Assembly (NCBI GenBank): GCA_965541585.1
Contig: CBEUCH010000003.1
Span: 96,001-160,000, forward strand
DNA: 64,000 bases
Direction of reading: 5' to 3'
Origin: an uncultured bacterium
GTDB taxonomy: Bacteria > Zixibacteria > MSB-5A5 > UBA10806
Shown piece after piece: positions 52,997 to 62,939 of the stretch. How positions within the stretch are numbered: the first letter of the stretch is position 1; each line of letters opens with the position of its first letter. The translations under genes were made by a program, and so were the position numbers. A model generated the notes under the pieces. The model worked only from the letters and a program-made list of their open reading frames with translations. It ran no database searches and was not told the origin of the DNA.

Positions 52997-54949
52997 ATGA
53001 TAGAAGATCAGATTAAAACGTTAGTAAAACTCGTACCGGTGTTTCCTTTGATCGGTTTTTTGATCAACGGCCTGTTCAATAAGAGGCTCACGGGGAAATT
53101 ACCCGGAATTATTGGCTCGAGTTGCATATTCATATCGCTTGTACTTTCTACCTGGGCGTTCTTTCTGCTCACAAGTTTGCCCGAGCATGCAAGGTCTGTC
53201 GGTTCCTCCTGGTTTGACTGGGTGGTTTCCGGTAGCTTTTCAAGTAGTTTCTCGTTTCTCTATGATCCTCTTTCGGCTGTCATGATGCTTGTAGTTACCG
53301 GCGTGGGCTTCTTGATACACGTCTATTCAATTGGATATATGCAGAGCGATGGTGGGTATTCACGTTACTTTTCATTCTTGAATCTTTTTACATTCGCCAT
53401 GCTTGCTCTGGTCATGGCCGACAATCTGCTCTTGCTTTATCTCGGGTGGGAAGGGGTCGGCCTCTGCAGTTATCTGTTGATCGGTTTCTGGTTCCACAAG
53501 AAATCGGCGGCCGATGCCGGCAAGAAAGCTTTCATAGTTAACCGTGTTGGTGACTTCGGATTTGCGCTCGGCATATTCTTGCTTTTCTGGACCTTTGCCT
53601 CGGCGGGACATCCTACGATAAATCTCTCGGAGATCAGCAGCCTGGCGCCTGAGATTCTGGTGGGAGGCGGAATTGTCACTGCAATTACGTTATTGCTGTT
53701 CCTGGGGGCCACGGGCAAATCGGCGCAGATACCGCTGTATGTCTGGCTTCCCGATGCCATGGAAGGCCCCACACCGGTTTCGGCCCTGATACATGCGGCG
53801 ACGATGGTAACCGCGGGTGTTTATATGGTCTGCAGGCTCTCGGCCGTATTTGTTCTGGCGCCGGTGACAATGATGGTGATCGCCATAGTAGGGGCTGTTA
53901 CGGCACTATATGCGGCCACGATTGCCACGGCACAGAACGACATCAAAAGGGTCCTGGCTTATTCCACCATCAGCCAGTTGGGTTATATGTTTTTGGCCTG
54001 CGGAGTGGGAGCCTTCGCAGCCGGCATTTTCCATCTTATGACACATGCCTTTTTCAAAGCGCTTCTCTTCATGTGCGCCGGTTCGGTTATGCATGCACTG
54101 GCCGGCGAGCTTGACATGCAAAAGATGGGCGGGCTTAGAAAATATTTGCCCATTACGTTTTTCACAATGTTTGTGGGCACGCTGGCGATATCGGGTGTGC
54201 CGCTGTTTTCGGGATTCTTTTCCAAAGACGAAATCCTATATAGAGCTTTTTCGTCGGAGCATGGCAGCATCATCCTATGGGCCATCGGCCTATTCGCGGC
54301 GCTTTTGACGGCATTCTATATGTTCCGCCTTCTGTTTCTGACCTTCTATGGGAAATCCCGAATGAATCCCGATGTTGAAAGGCATGTCCACGAATCGCCG
54401 AAAGTCATGACCGTTCCATTGATGATACTGGCGGTACTGGCACTTATCGGCGGATATATCGGTTTGCCGCACGCTCTCGGCGGGGGAGCCTGGTTCGAGA
54501 AATTCTTAAGTCCGGTTTTCACATTTTCCCATGAGACTGCAGAAGCCGCAGGCCATCAATCATATTCCATTGAATATTTGCTTATGATCGCCTCAATAGT
54601 AGCCGCCGGAATCGGTATACTGGCAGCTTACAGGTTCTATATCTCCGATCCCGAAAGACCGAAAAGTCTGGCAGAGAGATTTGATGGTCTATATAATGCG
54701 GTCTTGAATAAGTATTACGTTGATGAGTTTTATAACGCTGTTATAGTTCAGCCGGTAGTTAAAGCCGCCTCGTTCTTCTGGAGGAAAACCGATGTTATGA
54801 TTGTCGACGGTTTCGCCAACGGTTGCGCCAGGGTGATCGGCTGGTTTTCCGGGAAATTCCGTTTCGTCCAGACCGGGCTTTTTAGAAACTACGCGCTGTT
54901 ATTCGTATTCGGCGTAATTGTTTTACTGGGATTTGTTATTCTGAGATAG
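52997..54949 (+). CDS. nuoL: NADH-quinone oxidoreductase subunit L
   Basis: WLPDAMEGPTPVSALIHAATMV, THAFFKALLF. Confidence 0.98.
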   Translation: MIEDQIKTLVKLVPVFPLIGFLINGLFNKRLTGKLPGIIGSSCIFISLVLSTWAFFLLTSLPEHARSVGSSWFDWVVSGSFSSSFSFLYDPLSAVMMLVVTGVGFLIHVYSIGYMQSDGGYSRYFSFLNLFTFAMLALVMADNLLLLYLGWEGVGLCSYLLIGFWFHKKSAADAGKKAFIVNRVGDFGFALGIFLLFWTFASAGHPTINLSEISSLAPEILVGGGIVTAITLLLFLGATGKSAQIPLYVWLPDAMEGPTPVSALIHAATMVTAGVYMVCRLSAVFVLAPVTMMVIAIVGAVTALYAATIATAQNDIKRVLAYSTISQLGYMFLACGVGAFAAGIFHLMTHAFFKALLFMCAGSVMHALAGELDMQKMGGLRKYLPITFFTMFVGTLAISGVPLFSGFFSKDEILYRAFSSEHGSIILWAIGLFAALLTAFYMFRLLFLTFYGKSRMNPDVERHVHESPKVMTVPLMILAVLALIGGYIGLPHALGGGAWFEKFLSPVFTFSHETAEAAGHQSYSIEYLLMIASIVAAGIGILAAYRFYISDPERPKSLAERFDGLYNAVLNKYYVDEFYNAVIVQPVVKAASFFWRKTDVMIVDGFANGCARVIGWFSGKFRFVQTGLFRNYALLFVFGVIVLLGFVILR

Positions 54950-55008
54950 GTTGCGATGGTAGGGCGAATGATAAATATAACCGCCAGTAACAAGAAGGGT
55001 CGATTGAG

Positions 55009-56592
55009 ATGAACTGGCCGATACTCTCCTGGATCGTCTTCCTGCCGCTGATAGGTGCTCTTGTTATCCTGTTTATAAACAGATCGAGGCATAACGCAAT
55101 CAGATGGACCTCGCTTTCATTTACGATCGCAGATTTCGTTCTGAGCCTGGTGCTATTCGTCAGGTTTGACGGATCCAATACCGGTATGCAGTTTCGCAAC
55201 GAGCCGGTGATGTGGATTAAATCTCTCGGTATCACATACAGCCTCGGTGTTGATGGTATCTCTATATTGTTGGTCTTATTAACTCCGTTTCTAACAGCGA
55301 TCGCCATCGCATCCGCCTGGACGGCCATTAGAGAAAAAGTCAAGGGCTTTATGATATCGATGTTGATTCTGGAGACGGGCATGCTGGGCGTGTTTCTGGC
55401 AACCGATCTCTTCCTTTTCTATCTTTTCTGGGAGGTTATGCTAGTACCGATGTATTTCCTCATCGGGATCTGGGGCGGCCCACGGAAAATCTATGCCGCC
55501 GTCAAGTTCGTACTATTTACGATGTTTGGCTCCCTGCTGATGCTTTTAGCCATAATCAAGCTGTATTTGATGACCTCCTCGGTCGCCGGCTTGAAGACAA
55601 CCGATTTGATAACGGTGCAACATATTCAGATTCCTCCCGATTTGCAGATCTGGTTGTTTCTGGCTTTCGCTCTGGCCTTTGCCATCAAGGTACCGTTATT
55701 CCCATTCCATACCTGGCTTCCGGACGCCCACGTGGAGGCCCCGACCGCGGGATCGATCATCCTTGCGGGCGTTTTGTTAAAGATGGGGACCTACGGTTTT
55801 TTGCGGTTCTGCCTGCCGCTGTTTCCATCTGCCACCGCCTACTTCGTCCCCTTGATCTCTATTCTTGCACTGATCGGCATAATCTATGGCGCCCTTGTTG
55901 CCATGGCGCAGAAGGATATTAAATCGCTTGTTGCCTACTCGTCAGTGGCTCATCTGGGATTTGTGATGCTCGGCATGTTCGCATTGACTACCCAGGGCCT
56001 GACCGGTTCTGTCATACAGATGGTTAACCACGGCATCACCGCCGGCGCGTTGTTCCTACTGGTCGGAATGATTTACGAGAGGCGGCATACCAGGATGATC
56101 ACAGATTTCGGCGGTATTGCGCACGTTATGCCGGTATTCGCCACCGTTTTCCTGATCGTTACACTGGCATCGATAGGTTTGCCGGGGACCAACGGATTTG
56201 TAGGCGAGTTTCTGATTTTGCTGGGGACATTCAAGGTAAATCCTATATTCGCCGCCATAGGAACCTTCGGTATCGTATTAGCAGCAGTATATATGCTCTG
56301 GATGGTTCAGCGCGTCTTTTTCGGGCGTTGTGATAAAGAAGAGAATAAGAGGCTTCCGGATATGAACTGGAGAGAAAAATTGATCTCCATTCCGATTCTC
56401 ATAATGATTTTCTGGATCGGTATTTATCCGGATACTTTCATTAAAAAAATCGAGCCATCGGTTGAAAGAATGATCGAGCTTGTAAAATTGAAAAATTTGC
56501 ATGCCGGGGATGTAAATCAAGAAGCCGGTGAGTGGAATATGGAACAACACAATAAAGACGGTGATTCTACATGGGTTTCAACTGGAGAATAA
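55009..56592 (+). CDS. nuoM: NADH-quinone oxidoreductase subunit M
   Basis: HTWLPDAHVEAPT, LLKMGTYG. Confidence 0.98.
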   Translation: MNWPILSWIVFLPLIGALVILFINRSRHNAIRWTSLSFTIADFVLSLVLFVRFDGSNTGMQFRNEPVMWIKSLGITYSLGVDGISILLVLLTPFLTAIAIASAWTAIREKVKGFMISMLILETGMLGVFLATDLFLFYLFWEVMLVPMYFLIGIWGGPRKIYAAVKFVLFTMFGSLLMLLAIIKLYLMTSSVAGLKTTDLITVQHIQIPPDLQIWLFLAFALAFAIKVPLFPFHTWLPDAHVEAPTAGSIILAGVLLKMGTYGFLRFCLPLFPSATAYFVPLISILALIGIIYGALVAMAQKDIKSLVAYSSVAHLGFVMLGMFALTTQGLTGSVIQMVNHGITAGALFLLVGMIYERRHTRMITDFGGIAHVMPVFATVFLIVTLASIGLPGTNGFVGEFLILLGTFKVNPIFAAIGTFGIVLAAVYMLWMVQRVFFGRCDKEENKRLPDMNWREKLISIPILIMIFWIGIYPDTFIKKIEPSVERMIELVKLKNLHAGDVNQEAGEWNMEQHNKDGDSTWVSTGE

Positions 56593-58046
56593 TATCTCCT
56601 GAGATAGCCGTGCTGGCCACAGGATTGGTGGTTCTTATCCTGGACCTATTCCTGAGGCGGGCCAGGAATTTCATATTTACAACCGTCAGTTTTATCGGGA
56701 TCCTGGTCGCTATATGGCTGGTAAACAGCAATTCAGGCTTTTTGGCTTTGAGTTTTCAGGGGATAGTCATAAACGATCCCATCGCATTCTATTTCAAAAT
56801 CATCTTCTGCCTCGGCACATTGCTGACGATATTTGTTTCTTCAAGCTATGTCAGCCGGGAGATGAATAGCCCCGGAGAATATTATGTTCTGCTGTTTATC
56901 GCAACCTTCGGGATGATGGTGATGGCTTCGTCCGCCGACCTGCTGACGATATTCCTCGGCTTGGAGGTCATGAGCATACCGCTATATGTCCTGGCGGGAA
57001 TCTATAGAAATCGAGCTCGCTCCCGCGAAGCTTCAATGAAATATTTCCTGATGGGCGCTTTTGCTTCCGGTTTTTTGCTCTACGGCATTGCGTTGATATT
57101 CGGAGCCTATGGCACAACCAACCTGGTCGTAATTGCAGAACGTCTCAGCCTCGGAGGAGAATATGGCGGGATTCTGAGTGGCGCCGGGATTACGTTTCTC
57201 TTAATTGGCCTCGGTTTCAAGGTTGGGATTGCCCCGTTCCACGCCTGGATCCCCGATGTTTATGAGGGGTCCCCCGCCCCGGTCACGGCCTTTATGTCTG
57301 CAGGCCCGAAGGCTGCGGGTTTCGCCGCACTATTCAGGATTTCCACCGTTTTCTGGCCGGTGGTCGGCGAAAACTTTACCACCGTCCTCTGGATACTGGC
57401 GGTTCTCACCATGACGTGGGGAAATATTCTGGCCATTTCCCAGACTAATATCAAGAGGATGCTGGCTTATTCATCGATAGCTCACGCCGGCTATGTGATG
57501 ATAGCACTGACGACCGGTGGAAAGGAAGGGCTCGCCGCAGGAATGTTTTATCTTCTGGCATATACGATAATCAATATCGGCGCTTTTGCAGTGATCGTTC
57601 TTTTTGCCGGACACAAAGAGAAACTAGAGAACATAAAAGATTACGCCGGATTCGGGACCAGGTATCCGTTTCCGGCAATTGCCCTGACCATCTTCATGCT
57701 GGCGCTGATCGGTTTTCCTGCAACTGCCGGATTCGTAGGAAAATATAAAATATTCATAGCTGCCATAGATTCCGGTTTCGTCTGGTTGGCTATCATCGGA
57801 ATCGCCAATAGCCTGATCTCCGTCTGGTATTACATCGGTGTCGTGGTCACCATGTATATGAAGCCGGAAGGGGAGAAAACCGTAGAAGTAGTCCCCTCCC
57901 CGAGCCTTTTCGTTGCCATCTTTGTCTCCCTGTTCGGAACACTTCAAATGGGCCTATATCCTGAGATTTGGCTGCGGCTGGCGGATATGGCCGGAAATCA
58001 TGCGAGTTGGGCGCTGATTATCCGTATGATGATTAATCCCTTGTAA
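56571..58046 (+). CDS. nuoN: NADH-quinone oxidoreductase subunit N
   Basis: PFHAWIPDVYEGSP, KRMLAYSSIAH. Confidence 0.98.
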   Translation: MGFNWRIISPEIAVLATGLVVLILDLFLRRARNFIFTTVSFIGILVAIWLVNSNSGFLALSFQGIVINDPIAFYFKIIFCLGTLLTIFVSSSYVSREMNSPGEYYVLLFIATFGMMVMASSADLLTIFLGLEVMSIPLYVLAGIYRNRARSREASMKYFLMGAFASGFLLYGIALIFGAYGTTNLVVIAERLSLGGEYGGILSGAGITFLLIGLGFKVGIAPFHAWIPDVYEGSPAPVTAFMSAGPKAAGFAALFRISTVFWPVVGENFTTVLWILAVLTMTWGNILAISQTNIKRMLAYSSIAHAGYVMIALTTGGKEGLAAGMFYLLAYTIINIGAFAVIVLFAGHKEKLENIKDYAGFGTRYPFPAIALTIFMLALIGFPATAGFVGKYKIFIAAIDSGFVWLAIIGIANSLISVWYYIGVVVTMYMKPEGEKTVEVVPSPSLFVAIFVSLFGTLQMGLYPEIWLRLADMAGNHASWALIIRMMINPL

Positions 58047-58081
58047 GATAATCAGATACAGTCCCTCTCGGTCTGAAAAAA

Positions 58082-58138
58082 GATAATGATTATTATCATA
58101 ATTTTTTCCTTGACAAATATTTCACAAAGTGTTATAAT
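58082..58138 (+). promoter_or_regulatory. Fur box plus consensus sigma70 promoter of the Fur-family gene
   Basis: GATAATGATTATTATCATA (58082-58100); TTGACA(58110)-N17-TATAAT(58133) with extended TG. Confidence 0.75.
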
Positions 58139-58179
58139 AATGGAGCGATGTGGAAATGTTTAATCAAGGGTGGTGAATC

Positions 58180-58599
58180 ATGAAAGGGAATCTAAAAATC
58201 TTAAATCAAAAGATTAAGCAACAGGGGTATCGCATGACACGCCAGCGGGAGGTCGTTTTAAACGAGCTTTCCAAGACCAAGGGGCATCCTAAGGCCGATG
58301 AGATTTATCAAATGGTCCGCAATAGAATGCCGCATATCTCCTTCGGCACAGTCTATCGCAATCTGAGGCTTCTCAAAGAACTGGGGCTTGTGAGAGAGCT
58401 TTCTTTCGGTAAAAGCTTCTCGCGCTACGAGGCGTTCTGCGAAAATCATCAGCATTTCACCTGCACCACTTGCGGCAGGGTATTGGACATCGACGAACCT
58501 CTGGCTGTATCGACGTCCGGAGTCACGGTTGGGGGAGAGAAGATGCTGGTCGACGAGTACCGGCTGGAGTTTTACGGCACCTGTAGCGATTGCCAGTAA
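58180..58599 (+). CDS. Fur/PerR-family transcriptional repressor
   Basis: MTRQR, HPKADEIY, TVYRNL, HQHFTCTTCG, C-terminal CSDC. Confidence 0.95.
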   Translation: MKGNLKILNQKIKQQGYRMTRQREVVLNELSKTKGHPKADEIYQMVRNRMPHISFGTVYRNLRLLKELGLVRELSFGKSFSRYEAFCENHQHFTCTTCGRVLDIDEPLAVSTSGVTVGGEKMLVDEYRLEFYGTCSDCQ

Positions 58600-58647
58600 T
58601 ACTCTAATCAGCCGGACCTATCGCGAAATTCGACTTGACTCGGAAAC

Positions 58648-58680
58648 GAACCGGGGTATATTTGCCCCGGTTTCTTTTTG
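58648..58680 (+). terminator. Intrinsic terminator after Fur-family gene
   Basis: GAACCGGGGT-ATATTT-GCCCCGGTTT-CTTTTT. Confidence 0.7.
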
Positions 58681-58808
58681 CGGTATTTCGCGACCTTTCT
58701 GCTAATACCGTTTGAGATTAAGCCGAATCTATTGGGGAAATCTAAAAGCTCTTTGAAACTCAATCGACCTGTCCGGTTGATGCCAGCCGACAGAGTAACG
58801 AAAAGACT

Positions 58809-58884
58809 GGGGCCGTAGTTCAGTTGGGAGAACGCCTGAATGGCATTCAGGAGGTCAGGGGTTCGACCCCCCTCGGCTCCACCA
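58809..58884 (+). tRNA. tRNA-Ala (GGC)
   Basis: GGGGCCG...CGGCTCC-ACCA with G3-U70, anticodon stem CCTGA/TCAGG around AT-GGC-AT, GTTCGAC. Confidence 0.97.
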
Positions 58885-59208
58885 GTTACAGGGCTTCCGT
58901 AAGTCAGCAAATGATAAACGGAAGCCCTTGATTTTATCGGCGAAGATCGCGCCCGCCGGTTGAGGGATAAGGGGGAATCATAAAGAATGACTTGACGCTC
59001 CACAAATAGACCTTTATATTTGAGTAGATTCGCAACGGCGGGGGCCATGGATGGCCCGACATTTGTTTTTATGCGAATAACTTCATAAATAAGAGTTCTT
59101 GATCTAAAGAAACGGAGGCAAAAATGGCCAGGATCGGTGGCCGGAATTTCACAATTATTATTTTACTCAAGGAATTATAAACATCAGATAACGAGAAAGG
59201 ATAGGAAG

Positions 59209-60633
59209 ATGAAGAAAACGACATTTTTAAATTTCTCTTTAGGATTATTCCTGGCAGTCATCGTTTTCGCTTTACCCGTTTGGGCTGAATCCCCCAATGA
59301 GGAGGCTACATTTATTCGCAATACCGATAATGGAGCCGTACTTATAAATGAAGAGGGATTTCCTCATACAGGTGATGTGATGTTGATCCCTGATCCCTCT
59401 GTTGTCTGGTCGAATTATCTGGAAGATGCTATTTACTATACGACTTCCGATGCAATTAATGGTCATGTGTTTGCGGGCACCTATTTGAATCCCCCGAAGG
59501 AGGCGGAATTGTTTGCCTCCGGCGGAGGAGGTACTCCCGAATGGGTATACAGCGGCAATGAGTTTTTTACCGATGCCGGCGATGATGCTTTTACCTTGAG
59601 CGCCATTGATAAGGACGGCAGTGGTGTGAGCGTAATTAAATGGACTGGACCTGGAAATGGCACTCCGGATTGGACGGCTGATTTCGCAGGATATAGTGCT
59701 TCTAATTACGGGCCGATTGCGGTCTCCGATGATGGCTCCACTATAGCCGTGGTAGCTTCTCCACCGGGAACCGATGCTCATCTTCTGTTATTCGATGCCG
59801 GTTCGTCGACCCCCCTGGCCAATTATGAGGCTACGGGCCTGGGATTCCCTCGTTATGTGAAGATTAACGCCGATGGTCGCTATACTGCCTTTATTGCCCT
59901 GTCAACTCTTATAGTCTATGACAGGGATGTTCTGGGTGTTCGTGATCAAATATCGATGGGAGCTACCAATAGCGCCCTCGATATCTCCGGAGACGGCGAC
60001 CTTATAGCTTATGGCTGGTCCAGCTATAAGGTTATGGAGTGGAATGGGTCATCGTATCAGCAGCTATGGTCCTGGTCGGTAGGGGGTTATTACGTGGGAA
60101 GGATAGCGATATCTACCGATGGCACTACCATTGTCTCTTGCTGGTATTCTTCCTCATATAACACCGTAAAGGTTGTAGTCCACAATCCCGGTTCCTCAAC
60201 GCCGCTCTGGGTTTATGATTATCCCCAATCAAATGGAACTTATCAGGAGATCGCCGGTGATGTGGACATCACTGATGACGGTAAATACTTCGTAGTCGGC
60301 AGCTGGGGAGATGCTCAGAATCTAAATCCTGAGGTACATATCTTCCAGAGAGATGATACTCCGCATCTATATTACACTACGGACATGCCTGGTTCGGTTT
60401 TCTCGGTGGATATATCAGGTGACGGTCTCTACGCTACCGCCGCCGGTAAGCATATTCATGCCAACGTATCGGGCCGCGGCGGGGATATTGTATTGATCGA
60501 TACCGAACTCGTTACTGAAGAAGTCCCCACCCTCTCCGAATGGGGCATGATGATTATGGGGCTGCTGTTGCTGGCGATAGGAACTGTTGCGGTTGTGAGG
60601 AGAAGGAAAGCGGCACTCAGCAAGGCTACGTAA
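59209..60633 (+). CDS. Secreted beta-propeller-like protein with IPTL-CTERM sorting signal
   Basis: Signal peptide; repeated (I/V)S-x-DG blades; C-terminal VPTLSEWG-TM-RRRK; promoter TTGACG-17-TATATT at 58992-59020. Confidence 0.85.
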   Translation: MKKTTFLNFSLGLFLAVIVFALPVWAESPNEEATFIRNTDNGAVLINEEGFPHTGDVMLIPDPSVVWSNYLEDAIYYTTSDAINGHVFAGTYLNPPKEAELFASGGGGTPEWVYSGNEFFTDAGDDAFTLSAIDKDGSGVSVIKWTGPGNGTPDWTADFAGYSASNYGPIAVSDDGSTIAVVASPPGTDAHLLLFDAGSSTPLANYEATGLGFPRYVKINADGRYTAFIALSTLIVYDRDVLGVRDQISMGATNSALDISGDGDLIAYGWSSYKVMEWNGSSYQQLWSWSVGGYYVGRIAISTDGTTIVSCWYSSSYNTVKVVVHNPGSSTPLWVYDYPQSNGTYQEIAGDVDITDDGKYFVVGSWGDAQNLNPEVHIFQRDDTPHLYYTTDMPGSVFSVDISGDGLYATAAGKHIHANVSGRGGDIVLIDTELVTEEVPTLSEWGMMIMGLLLLAIGTVAVVRRRKAALSKAT

Positions 60634-60744
60634 AAGGCCAACCAAACGGATAAAACGAAGGGGAGCCATGACGACTCCCCTTTAACTTTGCCAGTTTTGC
60701 CCATCTGTCAAATGCGATCCCCCGGACTCAGCCGCCTGGCGACG

Positions 60745-60781
60745 GTCATAATCTGACAGATCCGTATGGACAAGTTATGAC
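60745..60781. repeat. GTCATAAC/GTTATGAC palindromic repeat carrying a 19-nt insert
   Basis: GTCATAA[TCTGACAGATCCGTATGGA]CAAGTTATGAC between convergent genes. Confidence 0.6.
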
Positions 60782-60926
60782 ACGCCGTTAAAGCGCTTAA
60801 GACTGTTGATTATTATAATGGTCCCTGCTTTTCCCCACGGATGGATATGCGCCGGTCGCGCTTCCGGGTGCAAAGATCTGAGCTTTCCAACTGCTGCCGC
60901 CGCCTATTGGCGATGGCATCAAACGG

Positions 60927-61196
60927 CTAATAGACTTTTTCCGTTTTCTGATCGTGCTTCTGCGGTGCAGATGACTGGCTGGATTGATTTGCCTGGCTTT
61001 CCTGCTCAATATTCCGCTTCAGCAATCCTTCGAGTTTTCCGAATTTGATCAGCATTCTGGTTCTGACGAGTAATCCCAACGATAAGAGCATAAATACGAC
61101 GGCGTTAACACGACGGAATATTTCGCCGTAATTGAAAAAGGTATCCAGGAATGCCAACACTCCTAATCCGAATAATGTTGCACACCATAACAGCAT
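60927..61196 (-). CDS. Small two-TM hypothetical membrane protein
   Basis: RBS GGGAGG, two hydrophobic segments, polar tail. Confidence 0.75.
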   Translation of the reverse strand: MLLWCATLFGLGVLAFLDTFFNYGEIFRRVNAVVFMLLSLGLLVRTRMLIKFGKLEGLLKRNIEQESQANQSSQSSAPQKHDQKTEKVY

Positions 61197-61520
61197 TTTT
61201 TCCTCCCTTTAGCAAGATTGATCTTTTATTCCAGTATCGGCCTGTGAAATAACCACTTAAGATTATTTAAACGCCATCAAGGAGATACCAGGCTGCCATC
61301 CGCGAAAATGATGCAGAACTGAACGATTCTCTCAAGGGCGATTGATTTCGATAAGTGCCCGATAAATAGCATGTTACAGATGTAAGGAGTCTCGTTTTAA
61401 GGCTTCGTCCCTTTGGCCGATATCGAAAGCGTTTATTCTTGCCATCGACAGCATTAGGTGATATAGGAGGATTTGCAGATTCGAGGGAGATTGTCCCGCA
61501 GAAAGAGTCGAGGGAGGCTT

Positions 61521-62828
61521 ATGAAAAAATTCTTCCACTTCGAGAGCCTCGGCACCAACTACAAAAACGAGATACTGGGCGGACTGACCACCTTTTTTGC
61601 CATGAGTTATATAATTATCGTCAATCCTGCCATTCTGGCCGTCGGCGGTTTTCCGAAGGAGGCATCTGTTACCGCCACCATACTCGCAGCCATGATAGGC
61701 ACATTCATCATGGCGATTTATGCCAGGCGGCCTTTCGCCATTGCTCCCTATATGGGGGAGAACGCCTTTATCGCCTTCACCGTTTGTCTTGGTATGGGTT
61801 ACAGCTGGGAGAAGGCCCTGGGCGCGATCTTTATCGGCGGCGTGATATTCGTGATAATCACGGCCCTGAGGATCAGAGGCTGGCTGGCCAGGGCTATCCC
61901 CAACAGCCTGAAACTGAGCTTCGCCGCGGGAATAGGTTTTTTTATAATGTTTATCGGTCTCAACGAGGCCGGTATCGTCAGGCTGGGTATCCAGGGCGCT
62001 CCCGTCAAAATCGGACAGCTGTCGGCCACAGGGCCCCTTTTGGCTGTTTTCTGCGTGATTCTCATCTCCATTCTCATGATCAGGAGAATACCGGGCTCCA
62101 TATTGATAGGCTTGATTGCAACCACGATTATTTCATTTATCCTCGGAGCCGCCAGCTGGCCTGCGAAATTGATATCCTCGCCGCCGTCGCTGTCACCCCT
62201 TTTCTTGAAGCTCGATATCGCCGGTGCCCTGACCCGGGATTTTTTGGGTGTTATTGTAGTCGTTTTCATTCTCGATTTCGTGGACACTATGGGAACGTTG
62301 ATCGGTGTATCAGCAAAAGCCAACCTGCTCGATAAAGACATGAACCTGCCGGAAATCGAGAAGCCGATGATGGCCGATGCCATGGCGACAGTCGCAGGGT
62401 CTCTTGTGGGAACCTCCACCACCGGGACCTTTCTCGAATCTGCGGCAGGTATCGAAGCCGGCGCTAAAAGCGGCCTTGCGTCTCTGGTGACAGCTTTGAT
62501 GTTTGCCCTTTGCCTGTTTTTCGCGCCGCTGTTCGTCTCGGTGCCGCCCTTTGCCTATGGCGCCGCTCTGATTGTGGTCGGCTTTTTGATGCTGTCGCCC
62601 ATCAAAGATATCCCGTTCGATGATTACTCCGAACTCTTTCCGTCTATAGCTACCATAGCCCTGATGAGTTTCACATACAACCTGGGATTCGGCATGGTTG
62701 CCGGATTCGCGCTCTATCCGATATTCAAGCTCTTTTCAGGCAGAGGCAGAGATCTGACGCCGGGCACGTGGGTCTTGTTCGGCATAGCGATATTGCTGTT
62801 TATATTCTACCCCTACGAGAGGATGTAG
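61521..62828 (+). CDS. NCS2/AzgA-family purine permease
   Basis: EILGGLTTFFAMSYIIIVNPAIL, APYMGENAF, DTMGTL, ESAAGIEAG; RBS GGGAGG. Confidence 0.93.
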   Translation: MKKFFHFESLGTNYKNEILGGLTTFFAMSYIIIVNPAILAVGGFPKEASVTATILAAMIGTFIMAIYARRPFAIAPYMGENAFIAFTVCLGMGYSWEKALGAIFIGGVIFVIITALRIRGWLARAIPNSLKLSFAAGIGFFIMFIGLNEAGIVRLGIQGAPVKIGQLSATGPLLAVFCVILISILMIRRIPGSILIGLIATTIISFILGAASWPAKLISSPPSLSPLFLKLDIAGALTRDFLGVIVVVFILDFVDTMGTLIGVSAKANLLDKDMNLPEIEKPMMADAMATVAGSLVGTSTTGTFLESAAGIEAGAKSGLASLVTALMFALCLFFAPLFVSVPPFAYGAALIVVGFLMLSPIKDIPFDDYSELFPSIATIALMSFTYNLGFGMVAGFALYPIFKLFSGRGRDLTPGTWVLFGIAILLFIFYPYERM

Positions 62829-62939
62829 GGAAAAGCCGTAAGCAGCCTATCCGGTTCAGAATTTTAATACCTTGACATAAATCAGAAGGGCAGTAGATTA
62901 CATATAGAACTTCTACCGAGAGACATCACGATTAAGGCC

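Noticed and set aside
58608..59048. 146-aa minus-strand ORF
   Set aside because: Overlaps tRNA-Ala antisense and a terminator; spurious.
59021..59208. Riboswitch in the long leader of the IPTL-CTERM gene
   Set aside because: Short stems exist (ATTCGCA/TGCGAAT) but no recognisable aptamer consensus or terminator.
58885..60800. Integrative element at tRNA-Ala (or at tRNA-Glu)
   Set aside because: No integrase and no duplicated tRNA 3' end seen in the window; only an 11-bp hairpin follows the tRNA.
61200..61520. Purine riboswitch upstream of the NCS2 permease
   Set aside because: Conserved elements (ATATGG loop, GTTTCTAC, CCGTAAA) not found.
61439..62335. 298-aa alternative-frame ORF overlapping the permease
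   Set aside because: Arg/His-rich shadow frame of a hydrophobic GC3-rich gene.
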